A DNA stretch of 64,000 bases from Caecitellus pseudoparvulus. Lineage: Eukaryota > Protista > Bigyra: Bicosoecida. The translations under genes and the position numbers were made by a program. Position 1 is the stretch's first letter; every line of letters begins with the position of its first letter. Positions 1-10,656 of the stretch are shown here, one piece after another. The notes under the pieces were generated by a model. It was given only the letters and a program-made list of their open reading frames with translations. It was not told the origin of the DNA and made no database searches. The stretch spans positions 1 through 64,000 of the forward strand of contig CBFFRQ010000074.1 of assembly GCA_965644315.1 (NCBI GenBank), in the 5' to 3' direction.

Positions 1-1
1 G

Positions 2-2965
2 GAAGTGGATGTGCACGCCGCCGATGGGGATGGACCTGAGGCCGCCTTCAGAAAGGCATGTGCCAATGGCCACACAGACGTTGTGCGTGACCTGCTTGGC
101 CTGACTGGGGCGCGGGAAGTGGATGTGCACGCAGCATGCTGGAGCAGACCTGAGGCCGGCTTCCGGAAGGCATGCAAGGCTGGCCACCTCGATATTGTGC
201 GTGACCTGCTTGGCCTGACTGGGGCGCGGGAAGTGGATGTGCATGCAGGGGATAGGCGTGGACCTGAGGCCGGTTTCCGATGGGCATGCCGCAATGGCCA
301 CACAGACATCGTGCGTGAGCTGCTGGCTCTGACTGGGGCGCGGGCAGTGGATGTGCACGCGGCGGCATGGGGTAGACCTGAGGCCGCCTTTAGGGGGGCA
401 TGCGCTAATGGCCACACAGATATCGTGCGTGAGCTGCTGGGCCTCACTGGGGCGCGGGAGGTGGATGTGCATGCGGCGGATGGGGATGGACCTGAGGCCG
501 CTTTCCGAGAGGCATGCGCCAATGGCCACACAGACATCGTGCGTAAGCTGCTGGCCCTGACTGGGGCGCGGGAAATCGATGTGCACGCCGCGGATAGACA
601 TGGACCTGAGGCTGCCTTCCGAAACGCATGCGCTAATGGCCACACAGACATTGTGCGTGACCTGCTGGTCATGACTGGGGTGCGGGAAGTGGATGTGCAC
701 GCGGCATGTTGGAGCAGACCTGAGGCCGGCTTCCGGAAGGCATGCGAGTGTGGCTACGCAGCCATTGTGAGCCAGCTGCCAGGGCTTACTGGAGCACGAG
801 CAGTGGATGTGCATGCATCATGTTGGAGTAGACACGAGGCTGCCTTCCGAGAGGCATGTGCCAATGGCCACACAGACATCATGCGTGAGCTGCTGGCCCT
901 GACTGGGGTGCGGGAAATCGATGTGCACGCCGCGGATAGACATGGACCTGAGGCCGCCTTCCGAGAGGCATGCGCCAATGGCCACACAGACATTGTGCGT
1001 GACCTGCTGGCCCTGACTGGGGTGCGGGAAGTGGATGTGCACGCCGCGGATGGGGATGGACCTGAGGCCGCCTTCCGAGATGCATGCGCAAATGGCCACA
1101 CAGACATTGTGCGTGACCTGCTGGTCATGACTGGGGTGCGGGAAGTAGATGTGCATGCGGCGGATGAGGAGGGTCCTGAGGCTGCCTTCCGAAACGCATG
1201 CGCCAATGGCCACACAGACATTGTGCGTGACCTGCTGGTCATGACTGGGGTGCGGGAAGTAGATGTGCACGCGACGAATAGACATGGACCTGAGGCTGCC
1301 TTCCGGAAGGCATGCGCCAATGGCCACACAGACATTGTGCGTGAGCTGCTGGCCCTGACTGGGGTGCGGGAAATCGATGTGCACGCCGCGGATAGACATG
1401 GACCTGAGGCCGCCTTCCGATACGCATGCGCTAATGGCCACACAGACATTGTGCGTGACCTGCTGGGTCTGACTGGGGCGCGGGAAATCGATGTGCACGC
1501 CGCGGATAGACATGGACCTGAGGCTGCCTTCCGAGATGCATGCGCTAATGGCCACACAGACATTGTGCGTGACCTGCTGGTCATGACTGGGGTGCGGGAA
1601 GTAGATGTGCATGCGGCGGATGAGGAGGGTCCTGAGGCTGCCTTCCGAAACGCATGCGCCAATGGCCACACAGACATTGTGCGTGACCTGCTGGTCATGA
1701 CTGGGGTGCGGGAAGTGGATGTGCATGCGACGAATAGACATGGACCTGAGGCCGCCTTCCGAGGGGCATGCACCAGGGGCCACACAGACATCGTGCGTGA
1801 CCTGCTGGCCCTGACTGGGGCGCGGGCAGTTGATGTGCACGCGGCGGGTGGGGATGGATCTGAGGCCGCCTTCCGATACGCATGCTTCATGGGCCACACA
1901 GACATTGTGCGTGACCTGCTTGGCCTGACTGGAGCGCGGACAGTTGATGTGCATGCGGCGGATGAGGAGGGTCCTGAGGCTGCCTTCCGTTGGGCATGCG
2001 CAAATGGCCACACAGACATTGTGCGTGACCTGCTTGGCCTGACTGGAGCGCGGACAGTTGATGTGCATGCGGCAGATGAGGATGGACCTGAGGCTGCCTT
2101 TCGATACGCATGCGCCAATGGCCACACAGACATCATGCGTGACCTGCTGGCCCTGACTGGGGCGCAGGCAGTTGATGTGCACGCCGCGGATGGGGATGGA
2201 CCTGAGGCCGCCTTCCGACGGGCATGCCGCAATGGCCACACAGACATCATGCGTGACCTGCTGGCCCTGACTGGGGCGCAGGCAGTGGATGTGCACGCCG
2301 CCGATGGGGATGGACCTGAGGCCGCCTTCAGAAAGGCATGCTTCATAGGCCACACAGACATCGTGCGTGACCTGCTTGGCCTGACTGGGGCGCGGGAAGT
2401 GGACGTGCACGCCGCGAATGGGAGTGGACCTGAGGCTGCCTTCCGAAACGCATGCTTCATGGGCCACAAAGACATCGTGCGTGACCTGCTGGCCCTGACT
2501 GGGGCGCGGGCAGTTGATGTGCACGCGGCGGATGGGGATGGACCTGAGGCCGCCTTCCGAGAGGCATGCGCCAATGGCCACACAGACATTGTGCGTGACC
2601 TGCTTGGTCTGACTGGGGCGCGGGCAGTGGATGTGCACGCCGCGGATGGGAGTGGACCTGAAGCGGCCTTCCGAAACTCATGCGAGTATGGCCACAAAGA
2701 CATTGTGCGTGAGCTGCTGGCCCTGACTGGGGCGCGGGCAGTTGATGTGCACGCGGCGAATGGGAGTGGACCTGAGGCTGCCTTTCAAGTTGCATGCAAG
2801 GCTGGCCACCTCGACATCGTGCGTGACCTGCTGGGTCTGACTGGGGCGCGGGCAGTTGATGTGCACGCGGCAGATGAGGATGGACCTGAGGCCGCCTTCC
2901 GAGGGGCATGTGCCAACGGCCGCACAGACGTCGTGCGTGAGCTGCTGGCCCTCACTGGTCAACGA
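2..2965 (+). repeat. Coding tandem repeat, 26 x 114 bp (ankyrin units)
   Basis: GATGTGCA..CCTGAGGC..GCATG..GGCCACACAGAC..CTGACTGGG recurs with a 114-bp period. Confidence 0.97.
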
Positions 2966-3679
2966 GCGATCCCAGCTCATATGTGGCAACAAAGAGAGGA
3001 CTTCGTCGCGCAAGCTGCGCGTGATGCAGTGTGGACTGGCACCAGCACTCGACCAGCGCGACGAGCTTTGCTGTTGATGAGATCTAGTGCTGCGAGGCAG
3101 GCGCGAGGAGAGGTCCGACTTCTTCACCTCGCCACGCTCTTCCCTCTCGCTCTCTTTCAAAGTCCCCCAGCACTCGTAAAGTGTCCTGCAGTGAGGATCA
3201 GCACTCTGTTTCCATTCTTGAACTGCATTAAAGACTTGCTTTTGCCCAGTACTTTGAACTTGGTATTCTGCAGTCTTTCAAGGCACGCCAACCATGTGGA
3301 GTGCACACATGTTCTCATTGCCAAACACCCCCAAGTAGCTTGGAACGTCACAGAGACGTGGATCGTGCAAGCCAGCATCATCGCATTTGTCCATCGCTGT
3401 GCAGTACACAAAGAAGAGCTCCACATCTTCTGGTCGAGAGATGGAGTCAATGAAGGTGGCAGCGCGTCGCCCATCTTCGCTACAGGATCCGGCGCTGACC
3501 GTCGAGGCCTCCGCTTCAGCCTCCAGCACTTTGCGCAAATGCTCTTGCAGTTCCGACCTGTGCTTAGGGTCCACAATTTCAGGCCGCATGCTGAGCACAG
3601 GTTGACCACCTTCGTTCCTGCGGATGTGGCCTGGGACAGCAACTGGGACGCCAAAGCTCCACAGAACACTGCTCGCTAA
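2..3679 (+). CDS. Ankyrin-repeat protein with highly internally conserved 38-aa repeats (5' end outside window)
   Basis: 26 tandem units like EVDVHAADGDGPEAAFRxACxxGHTDIVRDLLxLTGAR (ankyrin core AC..GH.DIV..LL), then a short cap (..AVWTG..ARRALLLMR). The frame stays open to 3679, but the part after ~3110 is antisense to the next gene and may not be functional. Confidence 0.88.
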   Translation, partial: EVDVHAADGDGPEAAFRKACANGHTDVVRDLLGLTGAREVDVHAACWSRPEAGFRKACKAGHLDIVRDLLGLTGAREVDVHAGDRRGPEAGFRWACRNGHTDIVRELLALTGARAVDVHAAAWGRPEAAFRGACANGHTDIVRELLGLTGAREVDVHAADGDGPEAAFREACANGHTDIVRKLLALTGAREIDVHAADRHGPEAAFRNACANGHTDIVRDLLVMTGVREVDVHAACWSRPEAGFRKACECGYAAIVSQLPGLTGARAVDVHASCWSRHEAAFREACANGHTDIMRELLALTGVREIDVHAADRHGPEAAFREACANGHTDIVRDLLALTGVREVDVHAADGDGPEAAFRDACANGHTDIVRDLLVMTGVREVDVHAADEEGPEAAFRNACANGHTDIVRDLLVMTGVREVDVHATNRHGPEAAFRKACANGHTDIVRELLALTGVREIDVHAADRHGPEAAFRYACANGHTDIVRDLLGLTGAREIDVHAADRHGPEAAFRDACANGHTDIVRDLLVMTGVREVDVHAADEEGPEAAFRNACANGHTDIVRDLLVMTGVREVDVHATNRHGPEAAFRGACTRGHTDIVRDLLALTGARAVDVHAAGGDGSEAAFRYACFMGHTDIVRDLLGLTGARTVDVHAADEEGPEAAFRWACANGHTDIVRDLLGLTGARTVDVHAADEDGPEAAFRYACANGHTDIMRDLLALTGAQAVDVHAADGDGPEAAFRRACRNGHTDIMRDLLALTGAQAVDVHAADGDGPEAAFRKACFIGHTDIVRDLLGLTGAREVDVHAANGSGPEAAFRNACFMGHKDIVRDLLALTGARAVDVHAADGDGPEAAFREACANGHTDIVRDLLGLTGARAVDVHAADGSGPEAAFRNSCEYGHKDIVRELLALTGARAVDVHAANGSGPEAAFQVACKAGHLDIVRDLLGLTGARAVDVHAADEDGPEAAFRGACANGRTDVVRELLALTGQRAIPAHMWQQREDFVAQAARDAVWTGTSTRPARRALLLMRSSAARQARGEVRLLHLATLFPLALFQSPPALVKCPAVRISTLFPFLNCIKDLLLPSTLNLVFCSLSRHANHVECTHVLIAKHPQVAWNVTETWIVQASIIAFVHRCAVHKEELHIFWSRDGVNEGGSASPIFATGSGADRRGLRFSLQHFAQMLLQFRPVLRVHNFRPHAEHRLTTFVPADVAWDSNWDAKAPQNTAR

Positions 3680-6600
3680 GCTTCCCAGCTTCGGCTCAGC
3701 ATGGCCCCATAGCTCTGCCCTCTCTCCACTGCTGCAGCTCAAGGCCATTGTTTGGGCGAGATGGCCAGGCTGGACATGCCAAGATTCATCTGCAATGAGC
3801 CTCAAGAAGCGCATGAGCGAGCCAGAGTTGAGGAGCTCTGCTGCCTCGACATCTCTGACGTCACTCTTCAAGTTCTGGAGAGGCTGGAGGTCGGTCTTGA
3901 ATGACAGTGGCGCTGTGGTCGTGACCAAGAAGCAGATTTGGAGTCTGTCGCGGCCATCCCGCTTGGCGCGACGAAAGACGACAAAGTCGAGGTTGGGGAA
4001 CGCCTCGTGCATCTGGACAGTGTGGACGCCGTCCACTGGGAGCCCATGCAGCGCAGCAATGTCGGTGAAGGCAACAGTGTTTATGCCCTTGTTATCTAGA
4101 CGGGGAGAGTCTCGCATACGGCGGAGCTGCAGGAACCCCGAGCATCGTTGGGGGGTGAGGGCCCAGTTGCCCAGCATCTGCTCTGGCGTCGGTCCGCCTG
4201 CAATGGACAGCTGGTCATACTGCCCACCGAACAGCCCCATCTTGAGGAGCATTGCAACACACATAGAATACTGCTGATCGTGTGCAAAGTCTGGCACAAC
4301 CGCAGCCAATTGCTGCATCGCTTGACTTAGCTCATCTTTGGCGTACAGGTACAGTTGCTTCTGACTTCTTTCGGTCTCGAGCAGGGCTTCAATCAATGTC
4401 TTGAAGCCTGTGTACGTCGAGCATTGTGTGTTGCCAGCGAGGTCCATGTCCAGCGGGTTCTTGCGTTGAAGAACGTAAAAGCTCATCAACATGCCAGCGC
4501 TCATCAGCTGCGGGTAGACAGTCGCATCTGCCCCTTTGGCAATGCGTTGCTTGACATGACGTGTCAGGAAACCACCCAAGCGGAGCGATTCGCCCTCGAC
4601 CAACTGTTTGAAATCCTCGACCACCTTGTCCTTGGTGTGCGAATGCAGGTCGCAGAGCGGTACAAGTTTAATCAGCATCCGGGGTTCTGCTGCAACATGC
4701 TTGACGAACTTGTGCAGCTTGGAGAGGACGTCGGGATCAGACGACAGATTCTTGTGGTATCTCCTTGACCACATGAAGTCAGTGACCGTTCCGACCGGCG
4801 TGTTTTCAAGCGTGTCTTCTTCATGCTTGCCAGGGCTCGTGTTTGGGGCCTGTCCACACAACAAGTGCATCGCCAAGTTGTGAGAGAAGTTTCCCAGTTC
4901 CATGAACGTGTTCCGCATGTCCGTACGAGGTGGAAACTTGAAGAACTCCTTCCTGTCTTTCTTTCCGAAATCGCTCAGACGGTGAACCTCTGGGCCGTAC
5001 GCAATCACTTTGTTGCATGGGTCAGCCCACGTCAGGAGCTGCTGCACCACTTGCCAATGTTTGGTATCCCTCGTGCCACGTTCCTCCAGCAGCTCCTCGT
5101 GAAGGAAGAATGCGTTCTTAACAATCATCATTCGGGGCGGGGCTCCGGTTTCGCCTCGTTTAGCAGTGTAGTGTCCCTTGGTTGGGTGGAGCAGCTTTGC
5201 CAACGCCCGCCAGCGCGTCGCGCTGTTCTCCAACTCCCCAAACAGTGAATGCAGCTCTTCACTGACAAGCGCCTCCCCGCATGAGTACCCAAGGCCAAAT
5301 TCAGCCAGATGGCTGCCCAGGGACAGCATGCTGCGAGACAGAGAGCATGCAGATGGAAAGAACAACAGGTCACCACCGGCTCCCACAGTGAGCATCAAAG
5401 CGAGAGCTTGCAAAGTCGCAGTTTTGCCAGAGCCAACAGGGCCAGTGACCAACAGCCCGTGTCTGTCGGGTTTGGGAAGTTCTATTGCTCTGGACAGGAT
5501 CTGTGCTCGTTGGGGTGTCAGGACAAAAGTCATGAGCCCCAAGCGGTTGGAGCGGCCTGCGTACTCCTTGCTGTCCCATACAACTCCGCCAAAACCAACG
5601 GGGAGAGGACGAAGATTAAAGTCGCCTTCAGAATAGGCGACGCGGCAAGAATCATTTCCTCCATACGGGTGAGAGGGAAAGAATTCCGAGTACGGCAACC
5701 GCAGCACCACAGCCTCCAGTTTGCCATCCACGACTACAGGTTGGCAGCCAGGAGTCCACAGGTCGCCGAGCTCATCCGCCAAACCCTCGGCAAGGTGGTT
5801 TGGTGTAGGATCTGCACTTTCTGGATCGGTGAGCATGCTGAGCTTGTGCAGGAGGGGCCAAGCTTTGGGGTCACGGGCGAGGAACGCTTGCTCTGTGTCG
5901 CGCAGCCAGCCGAAGTTGTCCCGGATCATGTCCAGTTCAGCCACGCCAAGCCCTTCGAACAGTCTGCTGACATCCTCTTTCGAGCAACCAAGTATCTGCA
6001 GGGCCGGGGGCACTTGCAGCTCGCTTGGGCTTTCTCCTGACAGGCTTGCCTGGATCAGCGCTCGCAGGGTGACTGCGGAGTTTGCCACAGTCGGAGCTGG
6101 GTACAAAGTACTCCAGCTCCACTTGTTGCATGGCTGTTGCCTGGCAGGCTTCAAGTGGTTGCGAATAAACGTTTTCCACAGGTCAGGGCTCACGCTGTGT
6201 GGCCCACTGTCAGAAGCAGCGGCCAGCTCAGAAAGCGACCTCCAGCCACCGTTCCGAAGGCAATGTTGGAGTGTGTCGAGGAAGCGAGCACCAATTAATC
6301 CTCCAACATCTGGGGGAGCAAAGAGGCGGAAAGCTGCGCCCAGTACGTTCGGATCCAGAAGGGGGAGGACGTGGGAGACGCCTCCCGGTGCCTGTACGTT
6401 CCGAGAAGCTGGGTGTACGGGAGCGTGCTGCGCTGGGCATTGCTGGCACACGCACCGGGCTGTGAACGAATGCGTGCTTGACAGTTAGCTTTGCTGCATC
6501 ACAGCAAGAACTTGCGTCCAGCTTGGACAGTGCCTCTTTCAGCCTTTCTTGCCCGCCCAAGCCGTATTTGGCGGCACACTCAAGCACGGCGGCTTGGTCA

Positions 6601-7369
6601 ACACCGTGCATGCTCGCGAGCTCTGCAGCATACAGGGCAGCGCGTCGAGCTGCAGGCTGTAGGTTCATGAATGCCTCCGTGTTGAATGCTGGAGTCTCTG
6701 CGTTGTGCGGCTCCCTTGTGCCGCAAGGTTCAGCCATAGGGCTCGAGTCCCACAGCACAGCTCCGTCTGGCCCAAGGAAGGCTAACAAACACGCCTCCAG
6801 CCCGCCCAACGCTGCCACGAGGGATGTGTTTACGGTGTCATGGCACATCACGCTCCCGATGAAGGCTGGTGACATCAGCTCGCATGCAGCATCAATGCAC
6901 GGGGGTGCGGCCTGTGCACAAACAAACACACCCGCCGCTCGTGACGCTCGCCATCCCCAAGTCGCGCTCAACGCGACGCACGCACCTCGCACTCCGCCAA
7001 CACGCCCAGCGCCACCTCCACAGCTTGACCGTCTGCCGCACTCGACTCCAGCGCATCCACTGCGCCCGCCAGACGCAACTGGTCACTTCCGCTCAGGGCT
7101 CCCCACCACGATACACCCTCCAGCCGTGCCCGCCACACCCCGCCCCCCTCGCCGCTCGCAGCCTCGCCCTGCCCACTGCCCGCCACACTGCTCAGTGACA
7201 AGCGAGCAGTGAGCACTGCTAAGGGGTGCGGCGCGGGCAGGAGTGCCGGCACAGCTGCTGGTGTGGCTGCGCCAACTTCCGCCCTGCCACCACGCAGGCA
7301 CCGCCAGCGCGGCCGCCCTGCAGCCTGACATGCCCTCACAAGTCTTGCAGTGTGCAACATGATTGGCAT
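3278..7369 (-). CDS. Crinkler/RHS(CR)-type P-loop NTPase + restriction-endonuclease-fold protein with mitochondrial-presequence-like N-terminus (~1317 aa; exons 7369-6986, 6911-6456, 6391-3278)
   Basis: Phase-0 GT-AG introns 6985-6912 and 6455-6392 join three ORFs in frame. Walker A LLVTGPVGSGKT, AEPRML after the NTPase, and REase-like HEAFPNLDFVVFRR..LQICFLVTT. The leader MPIMLHTARLVRACQAAGRPRWRCLRGGR is Arg-rich and lacks acidic residues. Confidence 0.72.
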
Positions 7370-7472
7370 GGGTGTGAAGTGCCTCCCCTGCAGTGCGGGG
7401 AGGAGGCGCGATTGCAGGCGGTGTTGTTGTGTCTTGAGGCACTCTTTGCCAGTGAGTCACAGGTGAAACGCA
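6886..7472. repeat. Direct repeat copy A (~587 bp): 5' flank + exon 1 + intron 1 + first 9 codons of exon 2
   Basis: Aligns by eye with 9791-10374, from GCAGCATCAATGCACGGGGGTGCGGCCTG to GAGTCACAGGTGAAACGCA, with scattered substitutions. Confidence 0.95.
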
Positions 7473-8146
7473 AGGCCTTCCGCTTCTGACAGTACGGCAG
7501 GCTGCAGGGCCGCGCAACGCCGCAAGCACATGGCGATTCTTGTCATTTTTCGTGGTGAGTGGTGTTCATGTGGACCACCTTGACACACAGTTGGCTGCTG
7601 TGGAGCGCTCCCCTGGTCGTACGGACTGAGCATAGTGGCAGTTCCACGCATGGTGGCAGTTCCACGCACGTGGGCAAGCCTGGAGGCTGCATTTTCGAGT
7701 ACGTGCAAAGGCATGGTAAGGTGGCAATAAAGTGCGACTCTTTTGCGCTACAAGCGATACGTGCTCCACGCAGCCCAGCGCCAATCTGCGCGTGCCCCAT
7801 GACCAAGGACACACGGATTGATATTGGCGGGTGCCATCAAGCGGTATGAATGCAGAAGTCGGTTCCATTTCCTTGAAGGCCTGTAGAATCAGTGAACGCC
7901 ATCCGGGGATGCAGGCGCCGTTCACGGATAGTCATCACTCCCACCTGCCCCGCAAGAATGCCGTGCGGTTCACTCAGCAGAGCAGCGCGGACCAACACAT
8001 GCGTTGACAGCAGCGAAAGGGTTGTCAGTGCCCACTTCCTTCCACAATACTCTGCTCTTTGCCACCACTTGGATAGGCTATCGTTGCACCAAGGGGCTAC
8101 AATGTGCGCTGTGAACGCCGACCCCTAGCCCTCACGTGCATCTACG

Positions 8147-10274
8147 CTAGCCTCCGCGCAATGCATGCTTGAACTTTACGAGAAAATCGTTCCAAGTGTG
8201 GTACTCCTTCACGTAGACCGGGGGAAAGCGGTCGTTTGGGGCCGCCTCAATCCCATCGATGCTCCTTCTCATGCAAAAGTGCAGGAAGCCCTGCAGGTCT
8301 TTGCCTCCAGCGCCTTCAATGGTTTCAGACTCCCAGAACTTGCAAACAGTCCTCAACACCTGCTGCGTAAGCAGTGCCTGCACCGTTTCCGCATTCACCG
8401 ATCCCTGCGAAAGGAGCATTCGCTGATGTTCCAGCTGCGGAAGCCACGCGAGTTGCACAGCCCTGGCTCACGCACCGCTGTCTGCACAAAAGCGTGCTTC
8501 GCCATGAGCACCAAATTTTCGGCGAATGATGAGTTTTCCAGATTCGCGATCGCTTCGGCGACGCGTTTCCTCTCTGGCTCCGGGAGTCGTTGCAGGGTTG
8601 GGTGCAGCAAGGCTTCAACATCTGGCCGAACTTGAGCAGCTCTGACCGTCACCCAAGCCCACTTTACCTGAAGGTCAATATATTCCCTGCTCCACCGCCC
8701 CCGAAACCAGTCGGGATCAGCTCCATCAATCGAGAATGCAAGCGTTCCGTGCATGTCATGCAGGAGACGCCCAAGGTCAACGCTGAATACATGCTTAAAA
8801 AGCTCGACCAGTCCCGGATCCACATCCCCAAACGGCGCCTTGAAGTCAACCAGTCTTGCCAGTGAGGAGAGCACTTCGGGGTGGAATACTTGCTCCAGTG
8901 TCTCAACATTCACTGTCCCCTGCGAGCGAAGCAGTGCAGCAATCCTGCGGCACACTGCGAGCGTGTCGTGGCAAGTCGCAACGCACTGGAGTCTGCACGA
9001 AGGCCAACTTCGCCATGAGCGTGGCTGACTTGTGTTCTCCTGATTCTTCCATGGCTGCAATTGCTTTGGCAGCCCGTGTCCGTTCTGGCTCTTGAAGTCG
9101 CTGGAGGGCTGGCTCCAGCTGGGCTTCAACCTCTGATCGTATTTGTGCAGCTCTGATTCTCGCCCATCGATCCTTCAGCTCTTCAGACAGAGTGTGTTCA
9201 ACAAACGAATCCCAATACTCTCCAATGGGCTTAGGTGGCGCAACGAAAGCCCCAAGGTGAATCTCAGCGAGTAGCTCAGTGAGGCTCTTCCCTGAACAGT
9301 GGACCCGCAGATCCCGAAAGAACTTGTCCACGATGTCAGAGTTGGAATGCTTTTCAAAGCAAGAAGGCAAACCATCCAGCACGTCATAAGAAAGGAGCAC
9401 ACAAAGGACCTCCTCATCCAGCGGCTCCTGTGGCACGGTTGGTCCTGGAGGAATGCCCTCGGTAGCGAGAACGGTGCAAGTGTCGCCTCACTCCACACCT
9501 TCTCGTCGTGAAGAGCCTGGCGCATCCGCGATAACATTGCTTCATAACGAGATAGCTTCCTGCGGGGAGATCTTCGTCGCGAGAGCAACAAACTTTGGCG
9601 AAGCAACGCATCAACCTTCGCCTGGCCAGGATGCCGCACGGGCTGCGATGCGTCGCCGTACAGATCTGGCGTGCCTGCGAGGCAAGTGCCCACAAACAGC
9701 CGAAGATCATCCTCCCATCCAGAGGAGCGGCCGTAAGCTGAAAAGGCTTGGGAGTACAGCTGAACCCTGGAAGGCTCCAAGGTGAGGAGAGCAGCATCAA
9801 TGCACGGGGGTGCGGCCTGCGCACAAGCATTCACACCCGCCGCTCGTGACGCTCGCCATCCCCAAGTCGCGCTCAAGGCGACGCACGCACCTCACAACCC
9901 ATCAACACACCCAGCGCCACCTCCACAGCTTGACCGTCTGCCGCACTCGACTTCAGCGCATCCACAGCACCCGCCAGCCGCCTCTGGTCACTTCCGCTCA
10001 GGACTGCCCACCACGAAACATCCTGCAGCCGCGCCCGCCACGCCCCGCCCTCCTCACCACTCACAGTCTCGCCCTGCCCACTGCCCGCCACACTGCTCAG
10101 TGGCAGGCGAGCAGTGAGCACCGCTGCGGGGTGCGGCGCGGGCAGGACCGCCGGCACACCTGCTGGTGTGGCTGCGCCAACTTCCGCCCTGCCACCACGC
10201 AGGCGCCGCCAGCGCGGCCGCCCTGCAGCCTGGCATGCCCTCACAAGCTTTGTCGTATGCAGCATGGTTGGCAT
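8147..10274 (-). CDS. Uncharacterised helical-module protein (~614 aa) sharing exon 1 with the 3278-7369 gene (exons 10274-9891, 9816-9499, 9427-8987, 8919-8476, 8404-8147)
   Basis: Four phase-0 GT-AG introns (74, 71, 67, 71 nt) join five short ORFs in frame. Exons 3 and 4 end in homologous RAAQ.R..VEA.L.P.LQRL.EPER.R.A.AIA..E.S......LMAK.AFVQT. Confidence 0.7.
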
Positions 10275-10374
10275 GGGTGTGAAGTGCCTCCCCTGCAGTG
10301 CGGGGAGGAGGTGTCGGTGCCGGTGTTGTTGTGTCTAGAGGCACTCTTTGCCAGCGAGTCACAGGTGAAACGCA
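9791..10374. repeat. Direct repeat copy B (~584 bp)
   Basis: Second copy of 6886-7472. Confidence 0.95.
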
Positions 10375-10656
10375 GGGAGGACACTCAATGTACGTGCGTC
10401 CTTTGTGGCCAGCCTCAAAAATCAGGAGATCCCTTGGCATACCAAGCCGCTTCCTCGTCTCACTGCAGGAGGACACAAGTGCGCCCCATTCTCGGCCTGC
10501 TCCTGCCAGTTTCACAGATGCGGCAAGCTTTCTCCACACCAACCACTGCGGCGTGGTGGCCCCACGCACTGGCATTCAGCAGCCAATGTCACATCATGCT
10601 CCAGACTTGATCAAAGGTGTGTCTTTACTTCCTGGGCCCCCCTTCCACCCCCAGCC

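Noticed and set aside
754-2703. Long antisense ORFs over the ankyrin array
   Set aside because: They are shadows of a GC-rich in-frame repeat and contain no recognisable motifs.
2-2965. CRISPR array or diversity-generating retroelement behind the ankyrin variability
   Set aside because: The units are in-frame coding repeats without unique spacers. There is no reverse transcriptase, cas gene or template/variable repeat pair in the window.
7635-7668. Short tandem duplication GTGGCAGTTCCACGCA x2
   Set aside because: Only two copies in intergenic DNA, with no evidence of function.
8147-9876. Frameshifted pseudogene (four staggered ORFs)
   Set aside because: Each frame change is explained by a canonical 67-74 nt GT-AG intron.
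6886-10374. The ~590-bp direct repeats as LTRs of a retroelement
   Set aside because: No TG..CA ends, primer-binding site or gag/pol between them. The repeat corresponds to a gene 5' end with exon 1 and an intron.
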